A stretch of DNA of 64,000 nucleotides, taken from Cenococcum geophilum (Eukaryota). Every line of letters starts with the position of its first letter. Within the stretch, counting starts at the first letter, position 1. This document shows, one piece after another, positions 28,828 to 41,630 of this stretch. The DNA is taken from positions 10,044,001-10,108,000 of the forward strand of contig CP158635.1 in the NCBI GenBank assembly GCA_050273025.1. Reading direction: 5' to 3'. The translations under genes and the position numbers were made by a program. Below the pieces are notes generated by a model. The model had not been told where the DNA came from and did no database searches. It saw only the letters and a list, made by a program, of their open reading frames with translations.

Positions 28828-29652
28828 GGTTGATTGAACTCCAGTCAAGTGTTACAATCCTTGGGGAATGATTTGTGTGACCCGGGGGAGTCAATTGGAT
28901 TTGGGGGGGGGGAGAGGAAAGAAAAGACGGGGTGGCATTATTATAAGTGAAAAGCCTAAGAACCCAATGCTTCATGGTATGCTTACAGCTTTCAGTTCAG
29001 CGCCTTTCCCTCCGGTCCGCCTCGGGCCAGACGTGGGTGGACCCTGACCCTGAAACTGGTGGGGCTGATGGCTGTCATCCGAGAGAAATCCATGTTTGCT
29101 CCGATTTTGACGCAGACCCACTCTGTCCTTTTTTGTCTTCATTTTCCAACTCACTCCAACCTATTACAAGAGCCACGGACAACTTGTCGAGGAAACCATC
29201 CACCTTGCACCTGTACCAACGACAATCCTACATCACTCTCTAGACGTTAATAGCCACTGCTTGTCTCAGTTCATCGAACAAATCATCTGCATAATAGTCG
29301 TTAAGGCTACACTACACCAGCAGCACCCTTCCGAAGGCCCAAACGAGACCTCGGCCATCCATAGCACCAACTGGGGTGTCTCTTTCCCATCGTATCCTAA
29401 ACCACGAACAGTTATGCACAGCCAAAGTACCTTTGTCCGTCATCATCTTCAGATTCCCGTTCGTTATGCAAGAAAAGAAAACGTCATTATGCAACGCACC
29501 TGCGAGAATATTAGACTAAAAGGGTATCACCGGAACGCCGATTTTGCGATTGATGTTGCTTCTGTTTCTCTCTCCTGACTTCTTCGCTTCATCTTCTTCC
29601 CACCTCTTTCTAATGCGTTTGCTCCCTTTAACCAAGGGTCCGTGGCGTCTTG

Positions 29653-31171
29653 TCACCGCTTCTGCGACTGGAAAGGGGTCTCGTCATCACTTTCGATGGC
29701 TGTGGCTCCTGTCGAATATGCCATCATCTTATACCGGCTGTTCTGGCCTTCACCCTGCCCAGCTGTTCTTCCTTCGTCAGGTTCACTACTGCTTCCATTG
29801 CGACTCTCAAAGACTACCCTTTTCGTCACTGGGAATTCTGACCTTAACGGGCTTGGCTGAGCGTCCGCACTGGTGTGTGCTAAACGACCAGAATTGTTTG
29901 GACTGCTCATGAAGAGCAGTGTATCCACTGCATCTTTCTCCGCCTGTTGACTGGGCATACGGAGAATGCCCGCTCTTGGGCCCGTAGTTGGTGTAGTTGG
30001 CATGCCACTAAGATCACTGTAATGTTTCCTGTGTGTTGTCGAAAGCATTGGCGGTGCGTGAGTAGAGTTGGAGCGGCGGTTGCGTCGAGACACAATGTCT
30101 GCTGCTGGTGCTAGCGCCGGTGCACTTGATGCTGCTGGAGAAGCAGTAAAAGCAAGATGAGTATGAGCGGCAGGCTGAGAGTTTGAGCCGGGTCGCCAGA
30201 AAGCTGTAGTGAGAAATAAACTATTAGATATTGAAAACATCCCTAAGCTCAAATTGAGAAATTCAACGCACACGAAGGTGTTCCGCTAAGGGAACGCGAG
30301 ATGCCTGTAGGGCTAGCGTGCCCGAGAGAAGCCATATGCTGGTCAGAGTTCTCCGAAACGCCACTTGGTCTCCGTCCGCGGTCCGAAATGCGGGGAGAAT
30401 CAAGAGATCGTCTAAATGCATCTACGTTCACAGATAATGCTACTGGGGAGCCTCGCTGGGATGGGAGCTCCTCAAGCTCTTCAATGGTGTGTCTTTCCCA
30501 GCCATTTTGAACCTTGACCATGGCATACGATAAGCGCGTCTTGAGTTGAGCGGATAACTGCAGACGCAATCAGCCGTTGACGCAGAACGTGTATACAAAC
30601 CTAGCATACCTCACCAATCCTACTCGCATTTGAATCTACGCTTGTATTTCTAGAATGTCTACCCGGTGGCGCTCGCATTGGACTCTCCATAACTCCTGAC
30701 ATGGCAGTCTTCACCGTCCCACTTGCTGTCCTCTTTGAACCTTGAGTTAATAATGGTGTATCTACAGACATCGGACTCGTTGCGGTTCCGCCACTGCCAC
30801 TTCTGCCACCATCTCTTAGATCGGTATCAACCATGGGCGCAGTTGGCCTCGAGTGTTGTGGACGAGTTTGATTCGGTGACGGCGGGATCGGTTGGCTCGA
30901 ATCAAAGGTTTGAGACTGGCTTGACGGGCCATTCGAAGAAGTAGGCGACGTATATTCGGTATCTGCCCCGGTCGAGTTAGAAATGTTGCTGGAGGACGAC
31001 AGCAATCGTGGTACAGCAAAAGTGCTGGAAGAAGCAGAGACGAAAGACTCTTGCGAGTCTGGCACTATTTCGCATTAGATGGGCGTTGCAATGGTGGATG
31101 AAAGGCTGGAATTGATGGTGTGGGAGACGTGTTGGCAGTTTGTCTCGGCTTGCTGGACGCGACATACTCAT
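29653..31171 (-). CDS. Whi5/Srl1-like G1/S transcriptional repressor (multi-exon)
   Basis: Whi5-like motif LKTRLSYAMVKVQNGWERHTIEELE, many SP/TP sites, C-terminal EKDAVDTLLFMSSP. Start inferred from a micro-exon (ATGA|GTATGT). Confidence 0.85.
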
Positions 31172-31809
31172 AGTGGGGTAGGGATCTCGAGCGGGAGGCC
31201 CATTCGGTCTTTGAGCGCTGAAAGCTAGGTAACAGGATCGTGTGCCTTGGGCGAAAACACCTTCATCAGATATTCAGCCAGCCTGGAGGTATTCGTGGCG
31301 CTTTCGGGGAAGTGCAGGGCGGTCGCGGTGGACGTTGAAGGTTGAATGAGGATCGGGATTGAAAAGTCGACGCGGTGCCCGGTAAAAAGACGCGAATGGC
31401 AGGGTTGTCTCTGCGGTAGGTGCGTGAATAAAGGCACTGGTGAAATACGCGCTCTGCACGATTAAGAATGGTCACTGTCGCGTAGTCGACGAAAGCATCC
31501 AAGAAGTCGTGGTCGCTCGATAAGGGACAGAGGGTGACGGGCTTGCGTAGGCCGGGGCGAAAATGCGAAATCACGAGCGTGTATCGTGTCAAAACCCTGC
31601 CAAAGAGGCCAAACAAGAGCGCGGCGTAGAACAAACAAGATACATATTAATTTTCTCGCTCGGTATATGCAGCAATTACAAGGTTACAAGGCTACAAGAT
31701 TACAAGATTACAAGGTCCATGATCAAATACTTCAATTGTTGTTTACATGGCGCTGCGTAGGCACTACGAAGGACCGTGCAAAAATCGATATCCCTTTCCT
31801 TTTTTGGAC

Positions 31810-31954
31810 TAGTGGTTGCTCTCCATAAGGCCCCAGAGTTACGGGGGCTCTATCGCCTAAGCAACGATATTTTAGGCGGTCTCTGCTCATAAGACCCGCC
31901 AAAGGCCCCTAAGCACAGAAACCTTATGGACGACCTTATTAGAGGAAACCACTA
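31810..31954. mobile_element. Degenerate MITE-like element
   Basis: Imperfect inverted ends TAGTGGTTGCTCTCCATAAGG / CCTTATTAGAGGAAACCACTA, flanked by TA. Confidence 0.45.
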
Positions 31955-32206
31955 AGTTAATCTCAAAAGGAAGGGGAAATCTATTTTCGCACCCTCCGTA
32001 TACGTCGGTACATCACCCTCCACCCACGCCACCTCGTGTACAGATGGATTATGATCCTTCATCCTTGGAACTCGCACATGCGAACAGCTGTAGCGCTAAC
32101 ATGCAGATCTAAAACGCTCGGAAATGTAGTGAGAGCGGAACGCCACCATGCGACCAACTATTTAGTGTCCAAACGACTTCCCTTCATAAAATAGTAGTTA
32201 GCAGAG

Positions 32207-35200
32207 CTATTTCCTTCTCTTACTACCCCCTCCCGGAGCATTTTCATTCTTCCGCTTCTTCCCTTCCCGTTGCCAATACTCTTGTTTCTCGCGCTTCTCT
32301 CGCTCTGCCCTCTTCTCGTCATTTTCTGCGACCTTCTTGCGGTATGGTTCCCTTCGTCTCTCCTGTGCGGCTCGTCGCTTCTCGAGTTTTTCGTTTCTCA
32401 GTGTCATTACTTGATGCATAAGAGTTCGAGCTATTTTTTCTTCTTTGGAGGCAACTACTGCTCGTTTTTGTAGGTATGTCTCTTTCTTTTGTGGCTTCAT
32501 CTGTGCCGGCTGGGACTTGAAAGGCAGGTCTGCCGCGAGTTTTCGAGGCACTCTGAGAGGATTAAAATGTCTTGTTTGTCGTTCAATGAGCCTGTATGCG
32601 GAGTTTTTGTCTTTTGGGGTAGGTATTCCCTGCTCTCGTCGTACCTCGCCCGTTAGCCGCATGCCTTTCCAGCCGGTACTTTCTCCCTCATCCTCAGGGC
32701 TTGGTGCTACAAGGAGATTTGTGACTGGGTTATAGAATCGATGCGGCTTTACAGGATACCAAGCTCGCAAGAATACAATGTCGCTCATAAGGACCTTGTC
32801 CTCGAAAGTTGCGCGAAAGTTGCCTTCAGGCTTGCTCAGAGCCCTCTTGATCTGACCCCGGATGCCCGAGACTGTTCGGATACTAGCCCCTTCAAACTTT
32901 GCAATTTCCAACGCTGTTTGGAACATATCCTTAACGAAAGCCGTATTCTTGAAAATCTTGTACGGATGTCCAGTGAGCTTGAGCTTCTTGACTATCTCGG
33001 TGCTTTCATCCACGTTTAATACAACACCAGTTGCTGCAATACGGAATCCAGGGGTTTTGTTAGAGAGTGACTGTACACAACAGAACCCGGTATTTGGAGC
33101 AATAAGAGGTCCATAAAAGGTGCCAAAGCAATGCATATGCTCTGGCGTATACTTGAGCATACGGTTGCGTGTTTGGGAGTCAGAAATACTGTAGACCGGC
33201 ATGGTTTGGAACCTCCTCCAACCAAGCGAGAATATAAGAGGGTCATTTGTTTTTAGAATCTTCTTGTGCCACCGGTGTCGTTTGACGCGAATTTGTACGA
33301 AACCAAATCTCTCTTCAGTAGGTGTGAGTCCCCCAATGATGACAGGATACCGGGGGTTGAAGTTGGCCGAAAATTCATATGGCACTTGTTCTAGCACGAT
33401 ACGGGCGTATGTACCTGCTTTGTGTCCCTCTACTCGGATCCTAGAGACTTCGTCCAGTTGCTCAAATTCAGCGCGATTGATGGTGAGTTGCTTTTGGATC
33501 ATAGCCTTTTGAGCATCGTACCAATCATCCTCTCCAAACTCTTGTTCATCGTTGGCTTTCTCTCTTCGCTCATTGGCCTTGTCATTTGCAAAACCTTCTC
33601 TGTCTTCTTCTTCAAAACGAAGCTTTAGCTCTTCCTTTCGTCGGGCATTTTTCTCCCGTTCAGCTTCCATCGCCTTTGCATCATTATCAGGGTCTGCTGT
33701 AGGCTGTGTGCCTCCAAATGACTCTCCTGTCTCCAGATCTTCAAATGCGCCATCACCCTCGCCATCGTTGTCGAAGCCCTCAAAATCGCCCTCAGCTTCG
33801 TCATTCTCCTTTTCGCCTAAGAGATTAGACGAAGCAAAACGTCGCCTCAGTACCTCTAGATTGTCTCCATCAGTCCATTTTTGTTCTAGCTCTTCATAGT
33901 TGAAGCTTGGGATCGCGCGGTCCTCTAAATCTTCGGCATTGCCATCGCCCGGAGCTTTCTTGAAGAATTCATCTTCATCTTCGTCATCTCCGCTTTCAAC
34001 TGGCCCTCCTTCGTCTCCCCTCCATCTCCGGAGAACTTCAGCGGGGGACAAAGAGTCATTGTACATCATGCGGACAAGTTCCGTGGTGCGATATGGCTTC
34101 TTGTGGCCATGAAGTTTCTTCGCGTTTTCAGCAAGATTTTCCTTCCATCGAAGGGTACCGTCTTCATCTGAAAACTCGGAATCGTCGTCTTCCGGATCTT
34201 CTAGCTCTTGATCTTCTACCGAAGAAATAGAACCTAGGTCTGAATCGCTGTCTGCAAACGCCACGTCGTCATCGATGGCTCCATTTGAATTTTTCTTGTC
34301 CGCTATTTTTCGAAATGTTCTACCAAGACGGTCATCGGAGATTGCTTCAGCCTCAATATATCCGTTATCGTCTTCATCATCTTGTTCACTCCCGAGATCA
34401 TCTTCATCCTCCTCTTCGCTCCCGCTTTCAAAGCCTTCATCTTCTACGAGGTCATCGTCGCCTTCTCTCTCTACAATTCTCGGGTTTCGTCGTGATGTCC
34501 TGCCCTTGTTATCATCTTCCACAACGGCATCTTTTTCAACAATTTCACCACCAGTAAAGAGTCTCATGCCCGCATCAGCTTCTCCAAGCAGGCGCCTCTC
34601 ACCTTGCAAACCGACCACAAGCTGTTCGCCCAAACCACGCTCCTGTTGGTCTTCCTCACCCTGAGCAAAATTTGAGGTCTTGACGTCAATATAAACAGCG
34701 TCCTTATCCACAAGCACACCTCCAACGTCTGACATAGGCGCAAATAGAAGTTTTTGTTTCTCACCCAAACGCCGTCGCGTTGCTTTCCCGGTAGCTTTTG
34801 CCATAGCTTGATCCATGTATGGAGTCGGACAAGGATCAGGTAATGCTTCTGTCGTTGAAACACTCAGATCACCGACGCCAGGTACATGGACTCTAGCCCT
34901 TTGAGCTGGGAAATTCGTTCCTCTTATGTATCCATACAATGCTATCGTTCGGTCACATTTCGGGTTCTCTTCAATAGCGGTGGGAGGAGTTATATCTAGG
35001 AAGCGGTCGGCTAAGCAGTAAGGATGCGAGTTCCGCCACACTAATGGTCGAGGGTTTTTCATTACGGAGAGGAAGCGCGAGAGGTTGAGGACTTCTCTGT
35101 CTGGATAGCGCCCGTTAACTACTCCCGAGAGGTAGAACAACTTGGCACCTTGGTACAACTCGCTCCAGAATCTGTGTTTCAGCCTCTTTTTCTGCATCTT

Positions 35201-35896
35201 TAGTGCGTCTTGTTTCCTAAATAGATCGAGATGTGTAAGGACGCCGAAGACGTTTCCAGGCATGCCGCTCGCCGATAATATATTAAGAAATTCCATTGTT
35301 TCCATCTCGAATCCATAGTTGCCGTCGATCATGAGGAGTACAATATCCACAATCTTCGCGATATCTATCATGCTCGCGAGAGAATCTGCTGGGCATTCAA
35401 TGAACGTCAACCGTCGTCGTTTCGAGGTTACGACTGTTAGAGGTCCGGTGGGAACTGAGAGGGTTTGCTTTGTGTATCGTCGAATTAGAGATTTGATGAG
35501 TGTAGTCTTCCCAACCTAAAGAATTTATATATGTGAGCACGTTTGTAAAGAATTTGCAAGCAATAAACGTACCCCAGGAGGTCCTACTACCGCTACGATA
35601 ATAGGCGGTGCTTCCTCCGGCAAACGATCCACGAGCGGGACGTGTAGCCGCTTCTCTTTGACCTGCTATAGATCAACGCCTCATCCTTGAGAATTAGAAT
35701 GTGTAGTATACATCATGGGAGCGAGCTGCTTGCTTCTGCAGTCTACCCGGGTTTGCGAAGGCGAAGGCTTTGGGATTTAGACCTGTGAACATGGTCAGTA
35801 CACGGTTCTAGAAATATCTTCTGAGAACATCTCACCACTAGAATGCGCTTTCTTCTCCTTTGTCTTCCGGTGCGGTCGATTTGCCTGGTCTGCCAT
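32207..35896 (-). CDS. BMS1: Ribosome biogenesis GTPase Bms1 (short 5' exons plus one long exon)
   Basis: MADQANRPHRK, VVGPPG/VGKTTL P-loop split by an intron, DIVLLMIDGNYGFEMETMEFL, acidic linker, C-terminal KRHRWHKKILKTNDPLIFSLGWRRFQT. Confidence 0.97.
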
Positions 35897-36446
35897 TGTT
35901 GTGTCGTTTGCGGCCTTGCTCTCTTCACTGAAGCTCCATCCACAGAAATTTTGGGTATGGAAATTTGGAGTGACGCTAACCCGCGATTGAACTAGCGTTA
36001 ATCTAATCTAAAGTTATCGATCATCTTCCCCGCCTGTGATCTCGTCAAGCCGCGGACGGCATTGGCAATTGCCTGGCTGCAGGGACTTTTCCAGCGGATT
36101 GAACGCCATGAAGGCAGAGTAATTTTTTCCGATATCGTCCTTATGTCTGCCGGTTTGATGAGGAATTCGTGGACTCTCTGCATGGATGTCGTTCTTAACG
36201 GTGCGCCTGCCTTATCGGCTGACGCCGCAGCGCACGTCATCGGGCAGTCTGCGCCCGCTTGACGCTTGACGTTTGACGACGGCCTTGGTTGTTGGGTTCG
36301 GAGGGACATACAAAAACCTTGGTGCCCTGCTACCTTCCACTTAAATCCTTCTCCTCTTCAGCACCAACCACTCGTCGAAGAATCATAGAACCATCATACA
36401 CACTCGAGTCTTCTACCGTCGTATTACCTCCACTTTTAAAGCCAGA

Positions 36447-36818
36447 ATGTCTACCTTCAATGTGAGTGGGGTAGCACACGCTATGTTCAAGGACTGAATC
36501 AGAAACTGATGATAACCCAGGTTACTCTAAAAGAAGGTGCGAGCCCGAAGGAGATTGAGAAGTATGTATGCCCTAGTCCTTGAGATGAAGTTCTACTAAT
36601 GTATAGCAGTGCCAAGAAGACTGTTGAAGAGCAAGGCGGAAAGATTACTCACACTTTCAATTTGATTGAAGGGTTCACGTAAGTCTTGGGCTCTCAAATA
36701 AATTATAGGAGCAAGACTAATCCATCCAAGGGCTGAATTTCCTCCCGACACTGTACATGCCTTGAAGTCAAACGATCACATTACTGTTGAGGCAGACGGG
36801 GAAGTTACGACGCAATAG
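36447..36818 (+). CDS. Small peptidase inhibitor I9 (POIA/PBI2-like), 4 exons; missed by the ORF track
   Basis: Spliced product MSTFNVTLKEGASPKEIE.AKKTVEEQGGKITHTFNLIEGFTAEFPPDTVHALKSNDHITVEADGEVTTQ*; three GT-AG introns with CTRAY branch sites. Confidence 0.88.
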
Positions 36819-37399
36819 AAGAGTCCTCGAGAACCGTCCAACACACTTCACTTCTACCTTTGAGTCCTTCAAAATACCCTTTGGCATGATGAGGTGTATA
36901 CCTGTGGCATGGACTTCTATAGGGTCCCCCGGCCTAGCATAGCACAATTCTAATGAGACCTTGATCAGATAAGGCTAGGTGCCATGGTTAGTCCCATGTC
37001 AGCCTAGCATTGGATATTCTATGAGCCTTTCTATATCATGAAAGTGCATTGCTGTTGAAGTAATTGGTTACAAACAGCCATTCCCTGAGGTTGACGGTTG
37101 TCCTACCGAATCGAATGCTGATTGCCACACCAACCTATTCAGAATGTACAATGGCTACAATAGGGTTGATATGAATTATCACGTCCGTTTAAGACAAGAA
37201 AACCTTGATCTCGCTCCAATCTGTTCTCTCATACTCACTATTCCGCTAACGGGGATAGAGTATCAACCAATCTTCTTCATAAAGCAATCCATTACCGATG
37301 CCCGCAATTATCAATTCCGGGAATTATTAGGGCTAAGGAGCGGCTTAGGCCGGAGATCCAAAGACTTCAGTAAAAGTCGCTGCACATTAAATCGGCAAT

Positions 37400-38493
37400 T
37401 CAACTCCAAGCCAACAACTTTGAGACCTGCAGCCTGCATATGCCTTTTGCAATCATTCGACCACAATTATCATTCCTTTCACACCGCAGCCGAGAAATTA
37501 AGGAATGCTCTGCGGATGCATTGAAGAGCTTGAAAGCTCGATTCCATATCGTGAAGGCTTGGAGGCTAGGAGACTAACTGAAGTGTGTTGCTGAATTGTA
37601 GCATATTCCATATCCGACCGCCAAAATTTGTGCGGTCTTCTTCTAGCAATTCATCATGCTCTAGCTTTTTCTGTGTCGTGCTAGTGCGCCTCTTAAGCCA
37701 GTATATGAGTGCTAATCGAAGACCGTTGTACACCGTCTCCAAGCCAGAGGCTCCGAAGAGTGCCCAAAGGAAGTATCTGAGATACCAAGGTCTCTCCCTG
37801 CCGGAATAGGATTTCTCTAAAGCTGTGAAGAGTCCTCTTATAATACCTCCCGTTAGCATCACTCCTCAGTAGTAGGTTCCTATTAGACTTACATGGATGC
37901 AAACCAGCTTATGGACCAGCCAACCTTTCCGGCAGCCTTGTCGAGAAATATTCTGAGATGTTCACCCGTCATAATTAGATCGGACTCCAGCTGATCCTTT
38001 GTAACAACGAGTTGCCAGATATCTGGTTTCAGTGAATCCAGATTGCCCTCTAATTCTAATAAGCTTTGGTTTTCTTTTGGCTGCTAATGACTTACTTAAA
38101 GATCTGTCATCCTCTATTACAGCACCAGTGATGAGGCTGAGTAAAATGATTAACTAATTTTATAAGACATTGAAGTATCTAAGCATACTTTAACCAAATA
38201 TCACGACGTAAAGTCAGATATTCATCTAGATGGTAATCTGTAGAGCGGCGCTGTGCCTCGAAGAGCAAGTCATGTCTTTGCCGGACCCTGTCCCATGACT
38301 TGGACGAAAGATCAAATGTGAGTGCTTCTTTTTGTACAGGCGCATTTTCAGAAGAACGAGAGAGGAGCGGTATAACTGTTTCTGCATCCACACTATCAAC
38401 GTCCTCGCGAACTACTTCGTCCCGCTTGGAAAAGCTTCTCCTCCGATTTCGCGGAGTCACACTGCGAGGGCTGAAACAAACAGCACTGCTCAT
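37400..38493 (-). CDS. Hypothetical multi-exon protein with a hydrophobic segment (3' end uncertain)
   Basis: ATG at 38493 (MSSAVCFSPRS..). Later exons LKPDIWQLVVTKDQLESDL..GWSISWFAS|GTAAGT and ..RPWYLRYFLWALFGASGLETVYNGLRLALIYW..|GTTAGT. Confidence 0.5.
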
Positions 38494-39058
38494 GAATTCT
38501 AATTTCTTTTTCGGATTTTGACAAAGGTGTGGATGGGAGGCCGCAATTAAGAGCACGAATTCCCAAGTCTGAAGTTGGTGGTCTAGGCGTTGAGCACAAC
38601 TGTGTTGTAAGGCCGCAAAGGCCAAGCCACTGGAACCAACACGCTTTAAAGATGGGCTGGCTCCACTTAGTTACTGAAACTATCGCGTAAAGCTAAGCCC
38701 TACGTGTACACCCGGACTTTACCGTGGTCCATATGACCCTGGTTGGAATCCCTCCGATTCTAAGATCTAGGTGCATCCATAATAATTACCATCCCTAGAA
38801 GGATCATTCTTGTTAATATCTTAACGGCTTGAACTAATCTGAATTTATTTAAGAAAACTCCACTAAAATTACGACAGCGCGTATCTAGATTTCTTCTTAC
38901 TCGCCTTAGCTTTCTTGGACGCTTAGGTGCCAATTCCAGAGGTCTAGACAAGCAGCCACAGCCTTCCACTTCTATTTCTGCTGCTCTACCCTGCCGGCAG
39001 CAATTGTGTCCTTCTACGGACCGCTTCCTTCATACACCCCCCTGACTTTCCTGCTCTT

Positions 39059-40991
39059 ATGGCCCTCGGAGATGATGCCGTTGTGCGTCTAATTGTGTGG
39101 GAAGGCCAGCTTCGGACTGGCCCAATCCAGCAAAGACAAATTAAGGTGTATTCGGATCAGCTGAAGAGCTCAATCAACGAAAGCCTCGAAGAAACGCAAT
39201 GGCGTTACCAGATGTGGAAGACCTATCCATCAGAAACAGATGGTAATTACAAGCTTGAAGTATGCTTTGCGCGCAGAGCATAGGACTGTTGCTGAGTACC
39301 TCGCTTCAACTAGGTCCGCCTTCGACACCCTAAGATCTCCGAAACTTCCGAAAAGAGCGACGCTATACACGAGCTTTGTAGCAGGCTCCTCCACTCCGCC
39401 CTATCTACGAAGCTTCGACTCTTGAATCCTGTCGTCACTTTTACTTTTTGTCCTTCCCGGGAGGGAACACAAAATGAGCTTGACAAGACCTTCGCTCGGT
39501 GCTTTAGTACTGCAATCGTTACGCGATATTGCGTGGGAGATACATTATCCAAAGAGCTGGAGAGATTGAGAGATGATTTCTTGAACAGGAACTCTACGAA
39601 ATTCCTCTACCAACCGCGAGTAACTCCTGCCATCCAGACTAGTCCTATCTTGCTAATGAATCACTTAGGATGGTCGTTATTTATAACGCAGCAGACTTAA
39701 TAGAGCGCTATGGAGTGTTGATCGAGAAAATGCTCACCGGTATTGAATTACTAAATGGAGGAGCAATTATAGAGAAAGAGCTCATTGATGAAGCCTGCAA
39801 GTTTGCAGGTGGAAAGCTCAAATCAAAGCTTCGTCCTAAGGAAAACTCATCTGCTGTGAACAGTGAGATGGATGGTTTGGCATTGACGGACTTCTCTGAT
39901 GTAGCCGCACTTAAGATTGGCGACGACACACCTCATTCTTCAAAAAATGCTGAGCAGAATAAGGAGGCTATGAAACTATTAATAGCTATTGCCTGTTGGC
40001 TCACGAGGGCGTTTAGAGCTTATGCTCCGGATATAAAGAAGCAGGCAAGCAAAAACCGCTAATATCAAACCTATTTATCACTTCATCGGAAGCTGACTTC
40101 GTATATTGTAGCTCGGACCTAAGTTAAAGGAGCTCAATGGAGTTGTCATTCGGAGCAAGCTGACATTAGCTTCCCAAGCATACTTGAGTGCATCCAAACA
40201 CCCAATTATTGCTCTGGAGCATCTTCACAGTAATTCCATCTCAAATTCTAGGCGTGCTACTGTCTTCGCGTTTGCTAACCATAATTTTACAGATCAAGAA
40301 TCTCCAACAATAGATGACATCGCGATGACCATCAATTCCTTTGGAAACTTGATGCAATCCACATTGCCTCTTTTCGATGTGACGCTTACCATCTCAGACG
40401 CCGAATTCACATCAATCACAGCTCTAGCCGCAGCTGCAGGCGTAAGCGGAATAGCCACCGTCAGCGCTGCCGTCTGGACTTTGTGCTCTGCTGCGGGTGC
40501 GTTGGGTCCTGTAGGGTTGCTCGGTGGTGCTGCCGTTGCCACCGTAGCCTTTAGTGCTGCCGCAATAGTCGAGGGCGTCAAGTGGGGGGACCGGCAAAAA
40601 ACAAATCGTATGAGTTCAGACTTCTCTTGGCTTCTAAACCGTCAATCGCTGACTTCTAGTAGCTAGCGTCGTTCTATTAACTATTCAGAAAAGCTTGGAG
40701 GAGTGTGCTCGTTTTCTCATGGGCTTGTTGTTCATGGCCGCCGAGCAGAGCGAGAAAGGGGACAGCAGTCATCTCGAGAGGGTCCAGGCATATAAAGAAC
40801 AACTGAATAGTGTAATCTTTCTCAAACCTGGGTATATGAAAGCGTACTATAGGAATGTCAGCTTGAAGCTCGCGAAGGATATGAAGGACCTCAAGACAGG
40901 CCTCCAAAGACACGGAGCGCAAATAGCAATGACGCCAACTCAGGCTGAGAAGATTGGCATTGAACGACAGCTTGCACAGTCTAGCAAATGA
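39059..40991 (+). CDS. Hypothetical helical protein (roughly 530 aa) with a Gly/Ala-rich hydrophobic hairpin; about 6 exons
   Basis: ORF pieces 39059, 39422, 39670, 40184 and 40695 join through introns with CTRAY branch sites (two appear to need GC donors). Contains AAAAGVSGIATVSAAVWTLCSAAGALGPVGLLGGAAVATVAFSAAAIV. Confidence 0.65.
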
Positions 40992-41630
40992 GATTGACTT
41001 TGAAATATTCACATATACATATACTTCTACTGACATTTTTCTCTTTTATTGGTTTCTTATTCGCAGGTAATAATCCGCCCATCTGTTCAGTCGCAACAAT
41101 AAAGCATAGGTTGCTCCTCTAGACTATGAGGTCAACTCTTCATTTGAATCACGCTTATCCATCCAGCTTGTTACTGAGAGTTCGACCTTGTTATCGAGAT
41201 CTAAGCGGCACTACATCGGAGCAGCTTCTCTCGTAAGACTTTGATAGTGAGCCACGTGATCGATTGATTGATGGCGTTTATGTTATTGATTGAGTGATGT
41301 GGTTAAGTAATCTTCTAGGGGAGGTTTTCATTGGCAGTATGGAGTTGGTGCTGATTGCAAAGATAAAGGCGGCCGCTGCTTGATTTCGGCGTGTTCGGCG
41401 TGGTTAACATCAAACCACCCGACACTAATTTTTTGGTATAGAATATATTACTCATTTCCAACTTGTTCTTTCATTTCTCACGGTCGATGAGCTTTTAGAG
41501 AATGATTTTCAGAACAATGTGAGATAAGTCACGTGATGACAAGCTCTCACCGCAAGGCGTTTACCTCCACTCGGGCAGGTCCTAACTGGGCTTGCGACCC
41601 CAATTTCTCACAGAAGATGCAAATTCGACC

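Noticed and set aside
31676..31716. TTACAAGR 8-bp tandem repeat
   Set aside because: Simple microsatellite; not telomeric and no evident function.
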